Part shown: one piece after another, positions 12,465-26,869 of the stretch
Layout: each line of letters begins with the position of its first letter
Numbering within the stretch: the first letter of the stretch is position 1
Origin: Antechinus flavipes
Taxonomy: Eukaryota
Length of the DNA stretch: 64,000 nucleotides
Reading direction: 5' to 3'
NCBI RefSeq assembly: GCF_016432865.1
Contig: NC_067400.1
Location: forward strand, 597,680,001 to 597,744,000
The notes under the pieces: generated by a model
Told to the model about the DNA's origin: nothing
Database searches by the model: none
Seen by the model: only the letters and a program-made list of their open reading frames with translations
Translations under genes and position numbers: made by a program

Positions 12465-13269
12465 GAATGATAAAGCATTTATTGAACTCTTTATGTGCCA
12501 AGCATATAAAGAAAAATAAATTCTGCTCTCAAGAACCTTATGTTCTATTAAAGGAAATAACATGTTCACATATAAATAGACAAATATATATATATATATA
12601 TAAACAAGGTAACCAGTAATGTTCAGGCAAAGGAAGAAATAACAGTTGTGATGAGGAAAAGTCCTCATATCTTTCCTTAAGTGAAGCTTTGAAGAAAGCT
12701 AATCTTCTAAGAAGAATGGTGGGGTATAGGGAGAGCACTAGGTTTTAGATAGAGTTTGTGGTAGGTGGATTATCATGTCAGAAAAAGTAATGTTAGTTCA
12801 TAAGATTAAAGGATAATAGATATTGAGTTGAAGGGACTGCAAGGATCATCTACTCCAAAACCCTCCTTTTACATATGAAGAAACTGAGGCCCATTGAAGT
12901 TTATTTAACTTTACAGGATCACCCAAAAAGTAAATGCTATAGTTGGAATTTGAATTCATTTCCCTTTAACCTAGAGCATAATGTATCATGCTTCTTGTGG
13001 AAGACAAATTGGATCATGGGCTGAGTGAAGGGAACAATGTGCTTATAAACCTGTCAAAGTAGATCAGGGGCAGCCTGTGAAGGGCTTTAAATACCAAAGG
13101 TATTAAGGGGAGCCACAGGAGATTTCTTTTTAATTAAAATTTTTTTTCCAATTTAAAAAAATTTTTATTTAGAGTTTCAAGTTCCAAATTCTGTCCTTCC
13201 CTTCTTTCCCTTTGGTGGTAAGCCATAGATTGTACACGTACAATTATGTAAAACATTCACTGGAGTTTT

Positions 13270-13700
13270 AAAAATGGGAATAATGGAAGTTTAGGATATT
13301 ACTTTGGTGGCTGTGGAGAGTAGATGAGAGCAAGAAGACTTAAGGAAGGGAGCTCATTAAAAATGCTATTAAAATAATCCAAGTGAGAGGTCCTGAACTC
13401 TAGGAGGTGGTTATTTGAATTGAGAGAAAGGGATGAATAAAGGAGGTGTCTAGAGGAAGAATGAACATGACTTGGCAGGTTATTGGAGGAGAATGAAGGA
13501 TAGAGGTCAAATCTTGAATTGTGAACCTGGGTGATTGGAAATAGATGATGCCTTTGCCAGAAATGGGAGATCTACAAGAGAGGTAGGTTTTGGGGAAAAG
13601 ATTATGAGTTTTATTTGGGACATGTTGAGTGTTAGAAACCTGGGCCACATCCAATAGGCAATTGATTATGTGGGATTGGAGTTTCTAATTTGAGTGAAGG
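13270..13700 (-). mobile_element. L2 LINE internal fragment
   Basis: Purine-rich degenerate L2 antisense signature (aataatccaagtgagagg; gggaaagattatgagttttatttgggacatgttgag). Boundaries approximate. Confidence 0.55.
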
Positions 13701-14180
13701 TGTTTTAGGAGTAGATTGCCTAAAATAGAATTAACTGACCTCTGAGTTGGGAATGGTTTAGGAAGGAGTGGAGAAGGTAGATGGAAAATTCGAAATATTC
13801 AGTCTTCCAGTAATCTGGGTAAGAAGTAAAATTGTGGGGAAGAGTCAGTTCCCAGCAGCCAGACTGGCACTCAATACTATTTAGTTGTTACCTAGAAAAA
13901 TTCAGGTGGGTGGTGAGATGAAGTCTGTGATATGATAGTGTCATGCTCTGGTTTTTGCTGCCAGGTATCTCTACTGTGGGAGTGAGAAAAACAACCTGAG
14001 ACAGGACAGTTTACCCTGGGACAAAATGTCCCAGAATGTTGTCATTGTTCTTTTTTTCTTTTTTCGTTTGTGTTATGTCTGGAAACCTGGAACAACAAAA
14101 GCCACTACCTACCATGCCTAACAAAACATTGGTCAACAGCCCATATGATAGTTCATTATTTGACAGGGTTTGTGGTCATT

Positions 14181-14182
<2 letters not shown>

Positions 14183-14215
<33 letters not shown>
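14183..14215. repeat. (TA)n microsatellite
   Basis: Read directly. Confidence 0.95.
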
Positions 14216-14222
<7 letters not shown>

Positions 14223-17200
14223 CACTCCTACTGAAGCTGCATGGCACCATTAGACAAGGAGATTGCCCATCTTTGAATTTATCCTGTTATATAAGTTCTT
14301 TTTTTGCTTCCTGACTCTTACCTCATCAATATCATGTGCTTTTGTGGGAGAATGTATTCCAACTTTATGAGGAAAAGGTTTTATTTTTTAACTGTAATTT
14401 GTCTAAATTCCTTTGCTTTTAACTAAATATGTATTTTGAGAGATTCTTGAAAGATAAACACACTAATGGTTACTTGTGAGCTGTGGTCTTAGAAATATGG
14501 ACCAAGGCTTTATTGTGCTTCACTGCAACCATTTTATTGCTACCTGCTCTGTTTTAGCACCTGAAAACGGGGCTTTCAAAGACCATGCTCGCTGGAAAAG
14601 CTAAGTCATTCAATGATCATTTATTAAGTACTTAATATGTCAGGAAATATGGCAAACACCTTTTCTCGCCTACAAAGGCAGACAGAAACATGGGTCCTGC
14701 TTTCAAAGTGTTCATATTATAATGGAGACAACATACAAACCCACCATATTGTACAAATAAGACATAATACAGGGTAAGTAGAGTGTAATTTTGAAAGGGA
14801 GGCACAAGCAATGGGGAGGGGTTTGGGAAAGACCTCTTGTAGAAGATGGGGTTGAGCTATCTTGAAGGAAGCCAGGAATTAATTAATTGCCTTTTTTCTT
14901 TGTTTGTAATCAACTAACAGATAGCTTCAATTCATATTTTCTATGAATTTAGTTATATGTTTATAAGATTATATGATATGAAAATAAGATTTTATTTGGT
15001 GAAGAGCTTATCTAGGGAAAAATCTGATGTTCATGAAATGGAAATCAAGTAGGTTCCAAAATGAAATTCCTACTATTCCCAAAAGTTTTCTGTACCATTT
15101 TAATGTTTTCTTCCATACACCCTCTATGTGTGTAGGACTTTCTTTGATTTTATAAAGATGTAAATGGTGACATATGGTTTGATCGGTAATTGCCTATAGC
15201 TTCTTGGTTGCTTTCAGATCATGGTACTATCTATGATCTTTTTACTCTTAAAATCTCTCTTTGTGATATTTTTAAGATTGAATTCTTGATTGTGTGTTTT
15301 TTGGCATGCGACTCCAGTTAAAATTGTATCTGTTGTCTGAAGAAAAGGTTTACCTAGAAACCCATACAAAGCCTTGATAATCATACCAAGATTGTCTGCT
15401 GAGTGATGATGAGTTTATTTGAGAAAGCCAGGAAAAATTACCAGTGTTTCTTGAAGTTCATCTGGCTTGTCTCCCCCCCTCTACCCCCCTTACTCTTATG
15501 ATCTGTGATACATTGGCATCATTTTTTTGGATTTCGATAAATATACTGATTAGTTAGAGCTACTGAAGATAGCTTCCTGAGAATCATTAGGTTCCTGATT
15601 AAAGTGCCACATGTCTCCATTTCTTTTTCTATGTTCCCCACAGTCTTATATTCTCTCCTATACTATGAGAGTGTCTAGTCATAAACCTTGATATATTCCC
15701 AATGGTCAGTCAGTATTTTTTTTTATGCCTACTGTGTATCAAGCATTGGTGCTAAGCATTTAAAATTTTTTTTCTTTAAACTTAATGAGGAAAGTGGTCA
15801 AAGGAATCTCTAAATCATAAATCTTTGAAAATCTAAAGCTTTACAACTATTTACCATGGCTTGGTAGAATTTCATCCTGAATGAAAAGAGTGTTTAGATA
15901 AGGAATGAATAAATTTGTGAAAGTAGCTACTAATCCAGTAATGTTTGAAAAATATGGGAACCAAAAAAAAAATATGGAGACTAAGGCAAGGCCATTTAGT
16001 AGTAGTAAGATCACATAGCTATCTGGGGATATGTAGAGCTTAGAAAAAATAGATGTGATTCTTTTCTTTTTTTTTTTTTTTTTTTTGTTTTTTTAAAGTC
16101 ATAGTCGAGCATATTGTTTTTGTATATGTTGGGACTTTGTTCCTTGCCCAATATGGTTTTTTTTAAAAAAAATTTTTTTTTTGGTAGTTCTGCTGGGAAA
16201 AGAATTTTACTTTTTACCCAGATTAGTGAAGAATTGTAGATGGAATTCTATAAAACAACCAGCATATCAAAAAATAAGATGATGGAAAGTGGCCCTTTGT
16301 TCTTTAAGCCTGATTTTCACAATTAATTAAATAATGATTTTAAAAATTAGATAACATTTATAAATAGTGAAATCATGATCAGTCATTAAGTTGTTTTTAT
16401 TAGAGCAAATGGTACTAGAGAAACTTAATGACTTTCAAAGAAAAATGGGGAAAAATGATTAAAGAGTAGTAAATTTTTTATTTGCTTCCTAATAATTTAG
16501 TGCAAGATCCTTCAGAAAATTATCTATAGGTTCATTTGGTGATGAGCTTATCTAATGGAAATCTGATGTTTATGAAGTGGAAACCAAGCAGGTTAACTAG
16601 TCGGAAATGACATGCCTACTGTGTTCCCTGCCATGTGCTAAGTGCTGGGGATATACAAAGTAGTTAAACAGTATTTGCCCTTAAGGAACTCACAATCTAA
16701 TGGGGTAAGCAACAGGCAAAAAAATGTGTGCAGACTGGTTATATACACAACATAAATAGGAAGTAATTTAAATAGGGAATCATTATGAAAATAGCATTTT
16801 GAATTGTATTGTGACCAAAGAAAAAGGGCGCAGTTAAAAAAAAAATAATGAAGGGGCAGGTATTTGAAGCTATGGTATAGCCAAAATGAGAACACAATAA
16901 TTCTCAAACGCACATATAAAAAATTAAACCCAGTATATGTTAGAAAACAGGTAGGTACATAAAAGACACTGGGTCTGAAACCCAGTTCAAATCCAGACTT
17001 AAACATTTCTTAGTTTTGTGACACTGCCTTATTTTACAACTGTTAAAGAGGAATTATGACAATAATATATGTTGTGAGGATCAAATGAGTTTTTTTATAA
17101 ATTTGTAGTATTTGTAAAACACTTAGCAAAGTGTACAAATTAGGCATTTAATAAATGAATAAAGTAAATAAAAAATAAAATAAAAAAAAGATAAAATAAA

Positions 17201-20200
17201 ATAAAATAAAAAATAAAAGAAATGTTTTCTGCCTTCTTTAGAAATAAAGCATGTTACCAAATTCATGGTATTCTTAGTGAATAACTTATTATGAATTGAT
17301 TTATTGTGTTGCCTCAGTTTGTCACACGATGAGGGTGATGTTTTTGTATAGTGTTTTTATAATATATTTCTCTGTGAGTTGGTTAACTCAGGTATTTTCT
17401 CTTTTCTTAAGAGATATAAGAATTTAAATCTTATAGTGGGATCACTTGTCTAAAGTTATGTAACTGGTAAAAGACAAAGGTGGGAATAGAATTTCCCAGT
17501 ATTTAGTATCTGAATTTTCTACCTTTTCTACTTTTCAGCTCTCCTTGAATCTTGCCCACTTTCAGTGATAACTTGGAATAGATTTAGCTACCTCCATACC
17601 TTTCTACATATTATAGACATCTATAGTTAGATGGATACAAATATCCTTCCAAATCGAAGGATACAAATGTGGGGCTAAAATGCAGATTTCATACATTTTA
17701 TTTTGACTGGTTTAAGGCAAGTTATATTCTGGAGCAGGAAGGCCTCAGGCTCAAAAAGTAATCTCCCCTATTACCAATTTTAGAGACTTGCTGGATTTGA
17801 TAAGATTGTCTTTTAAAATGCAATTTTAACCCAAGAAAGGTGTTTGATAGGAAGTCTTTAGTCATATAATGAATTTGAAAGTGGAGCATTCAAGTGGAAA
17901 TGTTCAGTGTGCTGTTAGACTTGCCAGTCTATGTTGCCAGTCTAGGAAGGAATTAAGATGTTTATTTGGGAGTCTTCTGCCTACAGGTTTAAAAAAAAAA
18001 AAAAAAAAAAAAGCCCAGTGAAAGTGCATGAGATCTATTCTTGGAGCTGAGGTCTGGGGAGAGAAATAAATTGAAAAGAGAAGATAATTAAAAGTAAATT
18101 AAAGGATCTCGAAAAAATGGAGTGAATTTGAATGGCTGAAGAGCAGCATTGAAAGCATTTCCATTATATATAATGATATGGTCAAGAGCTTAATTGGCAG
18201 TAACATTTGTTAGCCTCAGTGGCTTATTAGAAAGAAATGACAAGCCATTTTGGGGCTAGAGGGTAGCAAAGTCATGAATGTTAGAGTAAGGACTGTGGAC
18301 TTTATTCTTATTAGGCACTAAGGAGCCATTAAATATTTTTGAGCAGGGAGTAAAAGTTTTTTTTTTTTTTGGAAAGGTCACATTGATGTGGCACTTTAAA
18401 ACATTTTCAGTTCAATTTACCAAACATGTGAAAATATGAAAGTTCCCAATGTGAAAGGATCTTTATATATGTTATTTTACTTGTCCTATTAGCACCTTCA
18501 AAGGAAGAGATGTTTGAAAACAGTGACTAAATTGCTCAACACTCGAGGTCTATTTTAGTTGACTAGTCTGTCATTTAACCTGACTGATCTTAACTATCCT
18601 TAACTGTAAGATGGATATAATAAAACCTGGATCACTTATTTTGCACAGTTGTTATGAAGATCAAATGCGATAGTATAGTTAAAGCACTTTGCCAAATTTA
18701 GATTGATATATATTTCATTTATTAAAGGCTGATGGAATAGTTATATTATTATCTTTTGAAAAAAAATTAATAGATAAAGAAATTGAGACAGCTTCTCAGC
18801 CACCTAGTTTTGGAGCTAGAGTTTTAAAAAAGGTTGTTAAATGAATTTGATAACAGCATCTAGGTACTGAAAATCATTGTATTTTCTTCCCATTCTACCA
18901 AAAAAATTATCCATCAGCTTTGTACAGGATCAAATGAAATAATGGAAATGAAAGCATTTGAAAAAGTACAAAATGTTTTATAAATGTAAGGTGATATTAG
19001 CCAGAATTACTGTGAGAATTTTTAGAACACATAAATCAGAGTAATGGAATTCCCATTGCTTTTAGGTTATTCCAACTGTTACAAGTTTGAAATAGACAAT
19101 ATGTAACAGGGATAGCCAATTAGATTTCTCATCTACCTGTTTTTCATGATGTGAATTACTTTTTTGTAATTGTGCTTAAGTTAAGGCCAATTTCTGTGAA
19201 TATTATGCCACAAAACGAACAAAACTCCATAAGTAGATTGTGCCATTTGAAAAATTACTTAAGTCAAGAGCCTCCAGATGGTGTGTGCTGCTGTGTTCAC
19301 AGCTGTATTTACCACTAGCTCACCAGATTATCTACTAATAATTTTTAAATAGCTGGTTAGGAACAGTGGTATGTTCAGGTCTCTGCTGGTTTTGAACCAC
19401 AATAGAAATAGTTCCATTTTCTGTATGCTTTTCAGCAAAATTCCAGTGAAATGACTTTAAATCAGTTGAGTGAATTCAAGAGTTTGGTTGAGTTGGATTA
19501 TATTTGTGTTTTGCTAAAATCTTTAAGGTGTTTGCTTTATTTCCAGTAGGTGAAAGGAAACACATTTTGGGGGAAAGGTGTATGGGATTATCATGCCAGA
19601 AAAAGTACTTATTAATTTAGGCTAATTCCTTCCATATCTAAAAGGAGCTTATGATTGTGAGATACCCTCAGAAGTGGTCATGAAACCTTTGTGGAAAAAG
19701 GAAAAGGAAACGGACAATCTTTGCCTTCTAAAACCTCCTAGTCCATTTTGAGGTAGTTATTTGTAGTTGGGAAGTTTGTCCTGACATCAAACATAAACTG
19801 TATTCTTTCATTAGAAATATCAGTGTAAGCAGCCTCTTGGGAATATTGTTATTTTTATTTGCAATTAACTATTATCTTTGTATCTGAAAAGGCCATGTTA
19901 AATGTTTTTTTTTTTTAAATAGCTTCTACTGTGGTTAAAGAAACTTAGTCTGTTAGTTGCTTTTTATTAAAATTATTCTTGTCATAGCACATGAACAAAA
20001 AATAGTAAAGTCTTGCACTTTGTTGCAGGTATTTAATAGTTTTAATAGGATGTCTTATGTTGCAAAAATTTAATTACTTCTGTACTATGCATATAAACAC
20101 ACCGAAACAATTTCACTTAGTAATTTGTCAACAATTTGTATAAGACATTTGTGAAAATGAATATACAAGTTATATTTGGGGGCATAATTAGTTATTCTTG

Positions 20201-22466
20201 AGCGAATGGCATATAGAGCTATTAATACTGTATTTAGAACTCTAACTCAGACATTGGGGAAATAAATATGGTCCTCATCACTGAAATTTTGCATTTGAAT
20301 AATTTACTTTTTGTCTAATGTAATAATAATTTGACCAAAGTGTGTGTAGTGGGGAGAGGTGTAATTGAATTTAAATTTAATTTCATCTAGTTCCTTACCT
20401 TTTTAGGCATCTGTTTTCCCAGTCACAGCCTTCTTCAAAGTATAATTTTCCTTTGGAGGAATTAGGTGTTCATTGAGTGAATGTTCACCTTTTATAACAA
20501 CAAAAGTTGAATGATTAATATAATAAAATTAAAGTTTCATTGAGAAAACTTTGGCAATTAATATTCAGTCTTGAGTATATTGAAAGAAGCAGTTTGAGTT
20601 TTGATCTTTGAATGGAGTGGGACAAATAGAATTGGAAACATGTAAAAATAATAATGACTTCTTTAGGAAACTTTGTCACTCCTTGTCAAATTTTGTAAGC
20701 AACTTGAATAACTATTTAAACACATTGAAAATAAATAATATTTTCTTGCAGGAAATTTTCTACTTACAACCTTGCATTTTTGATTTGACAGCTGGATTAG
20801 AATTCTGGCTTCTCCTGCTGTTACCTCTGGTATTGGGGAGAAGGCTGTAAATTTTACATTAGTAGCATTGCTTGCTAGCCTCCTCCAGAGGGAACTGTGC
20901 AAACTTCAAAGGAATGATTCAGTGTGATTAAGCTCTTGTGGAAATGGGTATAATTCAGATGCAACAGTATTAGGTTTTGTAGTAAATAAAAATGTAGCAT
21001 TGTTATTTTTTAGAGTCATGTCAATTACTTTTTTGATTTTTGTTTTAAAACAAGATGAGGAAGAGAATAGTTTATTAATATTTGTTGTAAGGAGGAAACT
21101 CGAAGGTACATACTTACCAATAGAATATTATTTACCTTTTTAGTAGTTTTATGGATCATTAGATTCGTTAGCATTCATGGGGGAGGGGGGACAGCATTTC
21201 CTTTGCCAATTGCAGCCCATCCACATTTTATTTAGTCTGATTCTTGTCCTTTTTTTTCTTATGGATCTTCTTAGGCAGGATCTCTCTAACTCATCAGAGG
21301 CCTTCCTATATAGCTTTTTAAACAGTTAATGGACACCAAGAAGTAGTTAAGTTGTCTGACTGCTGTTGCTGCTACTGTTGCTACTGTAGATAAGGGCAGT
21401 GGACTAGTCATTCTCTGTGTCCTACTGAAATCCTTTATATCACGTCTTAGTGAATCACTTATCCAAACCCATCTTGCAACTAACTTTCCAGTGCCTTTGG
21501 ACTCCCTGGGAATTTTGATTCTTCAGAGATTATTGTCTCTCATGATTTACAGCCTCAAGGCCTCTTTGGGATGATATTAGTGTTAAAAAGATGACTTTTT
21601 AATCTGATTTGGAGAGCAGTTTGGAGGCTTTGAAAGTGTGTTCAGGTATTTTCCAAAAAAAAAAAAAAATTCTTTCTCCTATTTTGAGCTTTTGGATCTA
21701 GATCAATGTCCTTTCTATCTGGCATCTTTCTTTCTCCTGCCTTTGGTCTGTGGAAGAATTTTACCCTAGGCAATACAATTAGCAATCTATTTTTTTTTCT
21801 TTTTCTCTTAAGAATAACAACTGGAAGCTTGAAGCTTTTGAATGTTTTTAATTACTAATGATTCTCTTATCCTTTTTGCCTTAAAATATTGCAGTGGAAT
21901 TGTTCTAAGTGTCTGGAAATCTCCCTTTGCTCCAAACATTGATTTGATTGATTAAAAAGGCCTGGAAGGGGACTGGGGAGTCTGAAGGTCCTTTTTTGTA
22001 ATCTCTGCTGTGACCTTGGGTAAATTACTTTTCCCTATCAGGGCTCAGGCTTCCTTCTCTATAAAATGGTGATTTTTCAACCAAATCATCTAGTAAGTTT
22101 CTTTTCGGTTCTGAAAGTCTACATTTCTATCATAGAACTAAGTGCCAAAAATTTATAGAATGGGCCTCCTTTCTCATTTTCAAACTGGATCTCATATAAC
22201 CCCCATTTTACAAATCAGGAAGCTTTAGCTCAGTTTACCCTAAATCCAGAGATAGTATAAGTTTGAGTTAGAGTCTGAGTCCAAGTCTTTCTGAAATCAC
22301 AGAGCCTCAATGCTGAAAGGGAATTTAAAAGCAATTTCTTCACATGAGTCTCTTCTCCCTAGCACCAATAATTGGTCATCCATTCTTGACTTGGAGAGTT
22401 TAAGTTAGCAAGAACTCACAACTTCAGATGCTTTGCCTTCCACTTTTGGGCAGCTCTGATAGGAAG

Positions 22467-22618
22467 TTTTTTGTTTGTTTTTGCAGAGGCAATTAGGGTT
22501 AAGTGACTTGCCCAGGGTCATACAGCCAGGACCTGTTAAGTGTCTGAGGCCTAATTTGAACTCAGGTCCTCCTGACTTCAGGGCTGGTGCTCTATCCACT
22601 ATACCAACTAACTGCCCC
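22467..22618 (-). mobile_element. WSINE1-like SINE
   Basis: Reverse complement of ggggcagttagttggtatagtggatagagcaccagccctgaagtcaggaggacctgagttcaaat...aattgcctc with T-rich tail on the + strand. Confidence 0.85.
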
Positions 22619-25513
22619 CTCCCCCTTTGTTTTTTTAAACAAGTACAAGACATATTTCCTTTTATCTATCCTCAAGGTTCTGTCCTCTGTGGCTAAATCA
22701 TCATGCTTTTTAGTCTGCAGATCTTTCACCTTTGGTGTACTTTCCTTATTCTCCAGAGATATAATGGTTGAATGAATGACTATATAGGCTTTGCTGCATC
22801 CAGGATTCATGTTTAGGCATGAATTGGTCTAGATGTCCCGTTAAAATCCTTTCTGAGGCTAGCTGTATTTGAAATATTTGAGATCTTAAATTTCCTCTAG
22901 AATTCTAACAACAGTAAACCTTTATTCTCTCTCTAAAAATTTCTTAGCTTCAGCCGGCATCCAGATATTTATTTATTTATTTATTTAGCTCACTACAGCT
23001 GGTAAGTTTCTCTGTTCAAATGTTGGAATTTCCCTCACAAATATAGATTGTGAGAGTTTGTTTTATTTGTAATTATTTAGAGTTAAGAAGATTGTTTTTT
23101 TATTGCTGAGGGATTGAGTGTTCCTAGCACTAGGCAGGGATACAATGAAAGTATCAAAATGACTGAAAAAGAATTCATGAAGCTATAAACTTCAGTTTAA
23201 AAAAAAAAAAGACAAAAAAAACCCCTCCTCTACAATCCCAAACCTATCCTTGAATCTGACACTGTAACAAATCCCTATAGAATTTACTTTTTACAAGCAG
23301 TCAAAACATATCGTATTTGCTCCATTTCCTATTGAAATCTCAACAAAGAAGCCAAGAAATCAGATTTCTACTTCCTGATAATAAAACTATTCCTTTGAGA
23401 ATAGAGCTTGGAATAGATTTTTATATGGCAGTTCCTGCTGATTAATTGAATACTCTTAGATAATCTTTTGTGTGTAAGTTTAGCTCTTTCTCATGAAGTA
23501 CGAATATAGCTAAATGGTATGTTTATTATTGGAATATTATAATTTGCTTTAGAGAAATCCAGGTTTTGTTTATAGTTTGAGGTGCAAGTAATGGGGAAAA
23601 GTGGTGCATATAAAGGAGTTTAGAGCAACTCAAGCTTATTAGATTATTTAGCGAGTGCTTATCCCTTCATGGGACAATAAAGTAATTATAAATATTGTTT
23701 GAAAATAGGTTCACTTTTTTTCAAAGTTATTTACTTCCTCTTTCTGAAAATAATACATATTGACTTCCTTTTCCCATTGTTTAATATATTATGTATCTAA
23801 AATGCTGGGAGGGAGTACACTTTTTTGTCGTGGTTAATATACATAGAAACATCCCTCCCTCCCTCCTCTTTTTTCTGCCCTCCTTTCCTTCCCAGTTGAT
23901 TCCTCAGGGAAACTTTTTTTTTTCTCCTTCCTTAAACTCATGCTACTGTCATAAAACAAATTGTTTATTTAGCTTTCCAAGAGAAAGTTGAGAGAGGTAG
24001 TATGGAGTGATAGATAAGCTGGTCTGTCTTGGAGTCAGCATTACTTGGCTTCAGGTCTATCTTCTTTCACATGGTGGCTGTGTGTCTCTGGGCACTTAAA
24101 TTACTTAACCTCTACGTGTTCCTGGCAGTTTTCTGCTAACATAGGTTGCAGATGAGCTGTTGATTTATGTCTGTGGAATGATTCCTTACACCATGAAATT
24201 ATAGTTCCTCCCTCCCCCTCCCCCAAGGGGAAAATTCATCAACAGATTGTTATTATGAGTGTTGTCATTTAGAATACTACTAGAATCCAAGAGACTCCTC
24301 TGAGCCAGAGAATGATTATGCTTAGAGAATCTAAGGGCGTTAGTTTGTTCTGGTTTAGGCTCTGACTTCCCATCGACAGAAAGGAGAAGAATATGCAGGA
24401 TGGTCACTGAGTTAAGTAATAGGAAAGAAAAGCATTCTTCCTTTAGGGACTATTCTTAAATTTAGATAACACTATCGCCAGGTTCAGTCAGTGTGGTATT
24501 GAAGGAAATGATCAAATTTACTATAAACTAGACCGATATGATTATAGAAAAGTGGACATTAATGTAAACTTTTATCATTGAACATTGATATCAATTTTGA
24601 TAGTTATGGCTATAAAAGAAAGTTGAAATGCAGAATTAGAAATTAAATGATGATATAGGCCCCTGTCATACATGGAGTAGGTACACAGTCAAGGAGTGAT
24701 TTGATAGGTAGAAAGGACTGTACAAGAATCATTCCTATAAATCTCTACTTGATGATCTCCAGTATAGGGAGGAACTTACCACTTTCATTGACCCATTCCA
24801 TTTTTGGATAATGCTCTTTAATTAGGAAGATGCTCTTTTAAATAAGCCTAATTTATTAATTACATCCCATATTCTTATTTTTTACTCTTTTTTTTCAAGC
24901 AGAACAAGCCTATTCTACTTTGAGACAAAACAAAACAATACAAACTCTTATTTCCTATTTTACTTGAAGAACAAGCTGTACCATCCAGAGTAACTTTAGA
25001 AATCTTTGGTTTCTAAAATGGGTTTTATTTGGGACCTCCAGTAGTTAGTTAAATACATTTTTAAAAAGTGGATGATTAAATACTGTACCAATATCTTAAA
25101 AAAAGTTAATGTACATTATTAAGTCTCTTAAATCCACCTATTTGATATTTTTGTATGTTGATTGTGGCCATTTATTATTATATGTTACTGAAACGGAAAG
25201 TATTTGGATCTTGTAAATGGGGGAAGGGTCTATAGCCATTGTTTACCTTTGAAAGAAGGGACATAAAGACACTAGAATTATTAACATTATAACTTAAACT
25301 TATGATATAATACATATACATAATAAAAAAATATAAATATTTTATAACATTTTACAATTTTAATCTAAATCAATTACAGTAGTTTTAACAAATTGTACAA
25401 CTGACTTTTTTTTTGACATAGCTTGTCTACTTCTGCCTCTGTATATGTATGTATACTTGTGTTTATAATTAGACCTATTTATTTCTAGTATGTGTTTTCT
25501 TTTTTCATTACAG

Positions 25514-25560
25514 TGTTTATTTAGAGACTGTGTCCTGAAGGAGACTACCATTTAGAAATG
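25514..25560 (+). other. Candidate 47-nt internal (5'UTR/ATG) exon
   Basis: Strong acceptor ttttcttttttcattacag|, ends ...gaaATG|gtattc (weak donor). Motif-only evidence. Confidence 0.2.
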
Positions 25561-26605
25561 GTATTCTAAAACCAATGCAGAACAAAAGCAAAGAAAGACA
25601 TGTTATGTAGACAGTAATATCATTCATCACTCATCAGATGCTTTTTGGATTTATTTGACATTTTTTGAAAAAAAACATTTATGTGCTGTGATGTAGGTTG
25701 GTAGGTAATTAGAACAACTTAAATTAACAGTAAACTAAGTTAGACAAAAAGATTGAATTATCAGTATTGTTTATTTAAAAACCAATGCTTACTTTTACAA
25801 TATTTAAGACTTTGCTTTATTTTAAAATATGAGAACTTTCCTATTGGGTTTTCATATTGAGAATAGTAACAGGATTTTAGCGGGAAGAGAATTAAAAAAT
25901 ACCTAACATGATCAGGCAATGGATATACAACTACTAAGTATAAAACAATTCCTATACAAATTTAAAATATTTATTCCTAAAATAAAAGAAATAAGTTTTT
26001 AATCTAAAAATATACAGACTTAAATAAAAAGAAAATGTGTAAAAAAAATAAATGTGAAGTCATCAAATGCAAACTAGTAATTAATGAAGAAAGCCAATCA
26101 GTTCTTTGAGGTGGGGGGGGGGGGATATCATTTGAACTTATCATTTTGTGGTGTTTCCTCCCCCGCCCCCCCTCCCCTCACCCCCCATGTTTATTTTAAT
26201 TTTTGTAACCACAGCTTCAAGGTGACATCTACCTTCCTTGGCTGATCTTTTGTATAATGAGTTATTTGTTTTGTAAAATGAATTCCTTTTTTTCCCTTTG
26301 AGTTTTATCTGAGTTCAAATAGATACTAGCAGTATGATCCTGAGCAAATCATTTAAATTCTCCCTGCATTAGTTTCCTCTTTAGGAGAATATAGACATAA
26401 TAAGAACATTTACCTGAATTGTTGTGAAAATTAAATAATATTTTTAAAGCACCATGCAAATCTTCAGGCACTATATAAATTTTAGGTATATTATTACAAC
26501 TAAAAGAAGAGCAGCTTCTTTCTTTTCAAAGTTGTGAAAGGTACCTCTTTGCTTCTAATTTGTCTGTGCTATGATCTTTTATGTTTAGGTTTCTATCCAG
26601 TGGAT

Positions 26606-26850
26606 AAACAGCTAGGTGATGCAGCAAATAGTGTCTGCTTAGCTGGTCAGGGAGACTCATCTTCCTGGATTCAAATCTGTCCTCAGATACTTGCCATTTA
26701 TGTGATCTCAAGCAGTCACTTCACCCTTACAGTTTCCTCAACTGTAAAATAAGCTATAGAAGGAAATGGCAAATCACTAAGGTATCTCTGCCAAAAAATC
26801 CCCTAATGGGGTCACAAAGAGTGATACATGACTGTTTCACAAATAACTAA
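26606..26850 (+). mobile_element. MAR1-like CORE-SINE
   Basis: cagctaggtgatgcag head, CORE, gaaggaaatggcaaatcact...ggggtcacaaagagt RTE-type tail. Confidence 0.75.
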
Positions 26851-26869
26851 CAAACTCTTATAGATCAAT

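Noticed and set aside
22405-22696. ORFs of 73-82 aa
   Set aside because: Translations of a WSINE1-like SINE.
22989-23007. Micro-exon ending in CTG|GTAAGT
   Set aside because: Matches the MIR motif cacagctagtaagt; the same remnant occurs at about 34725.
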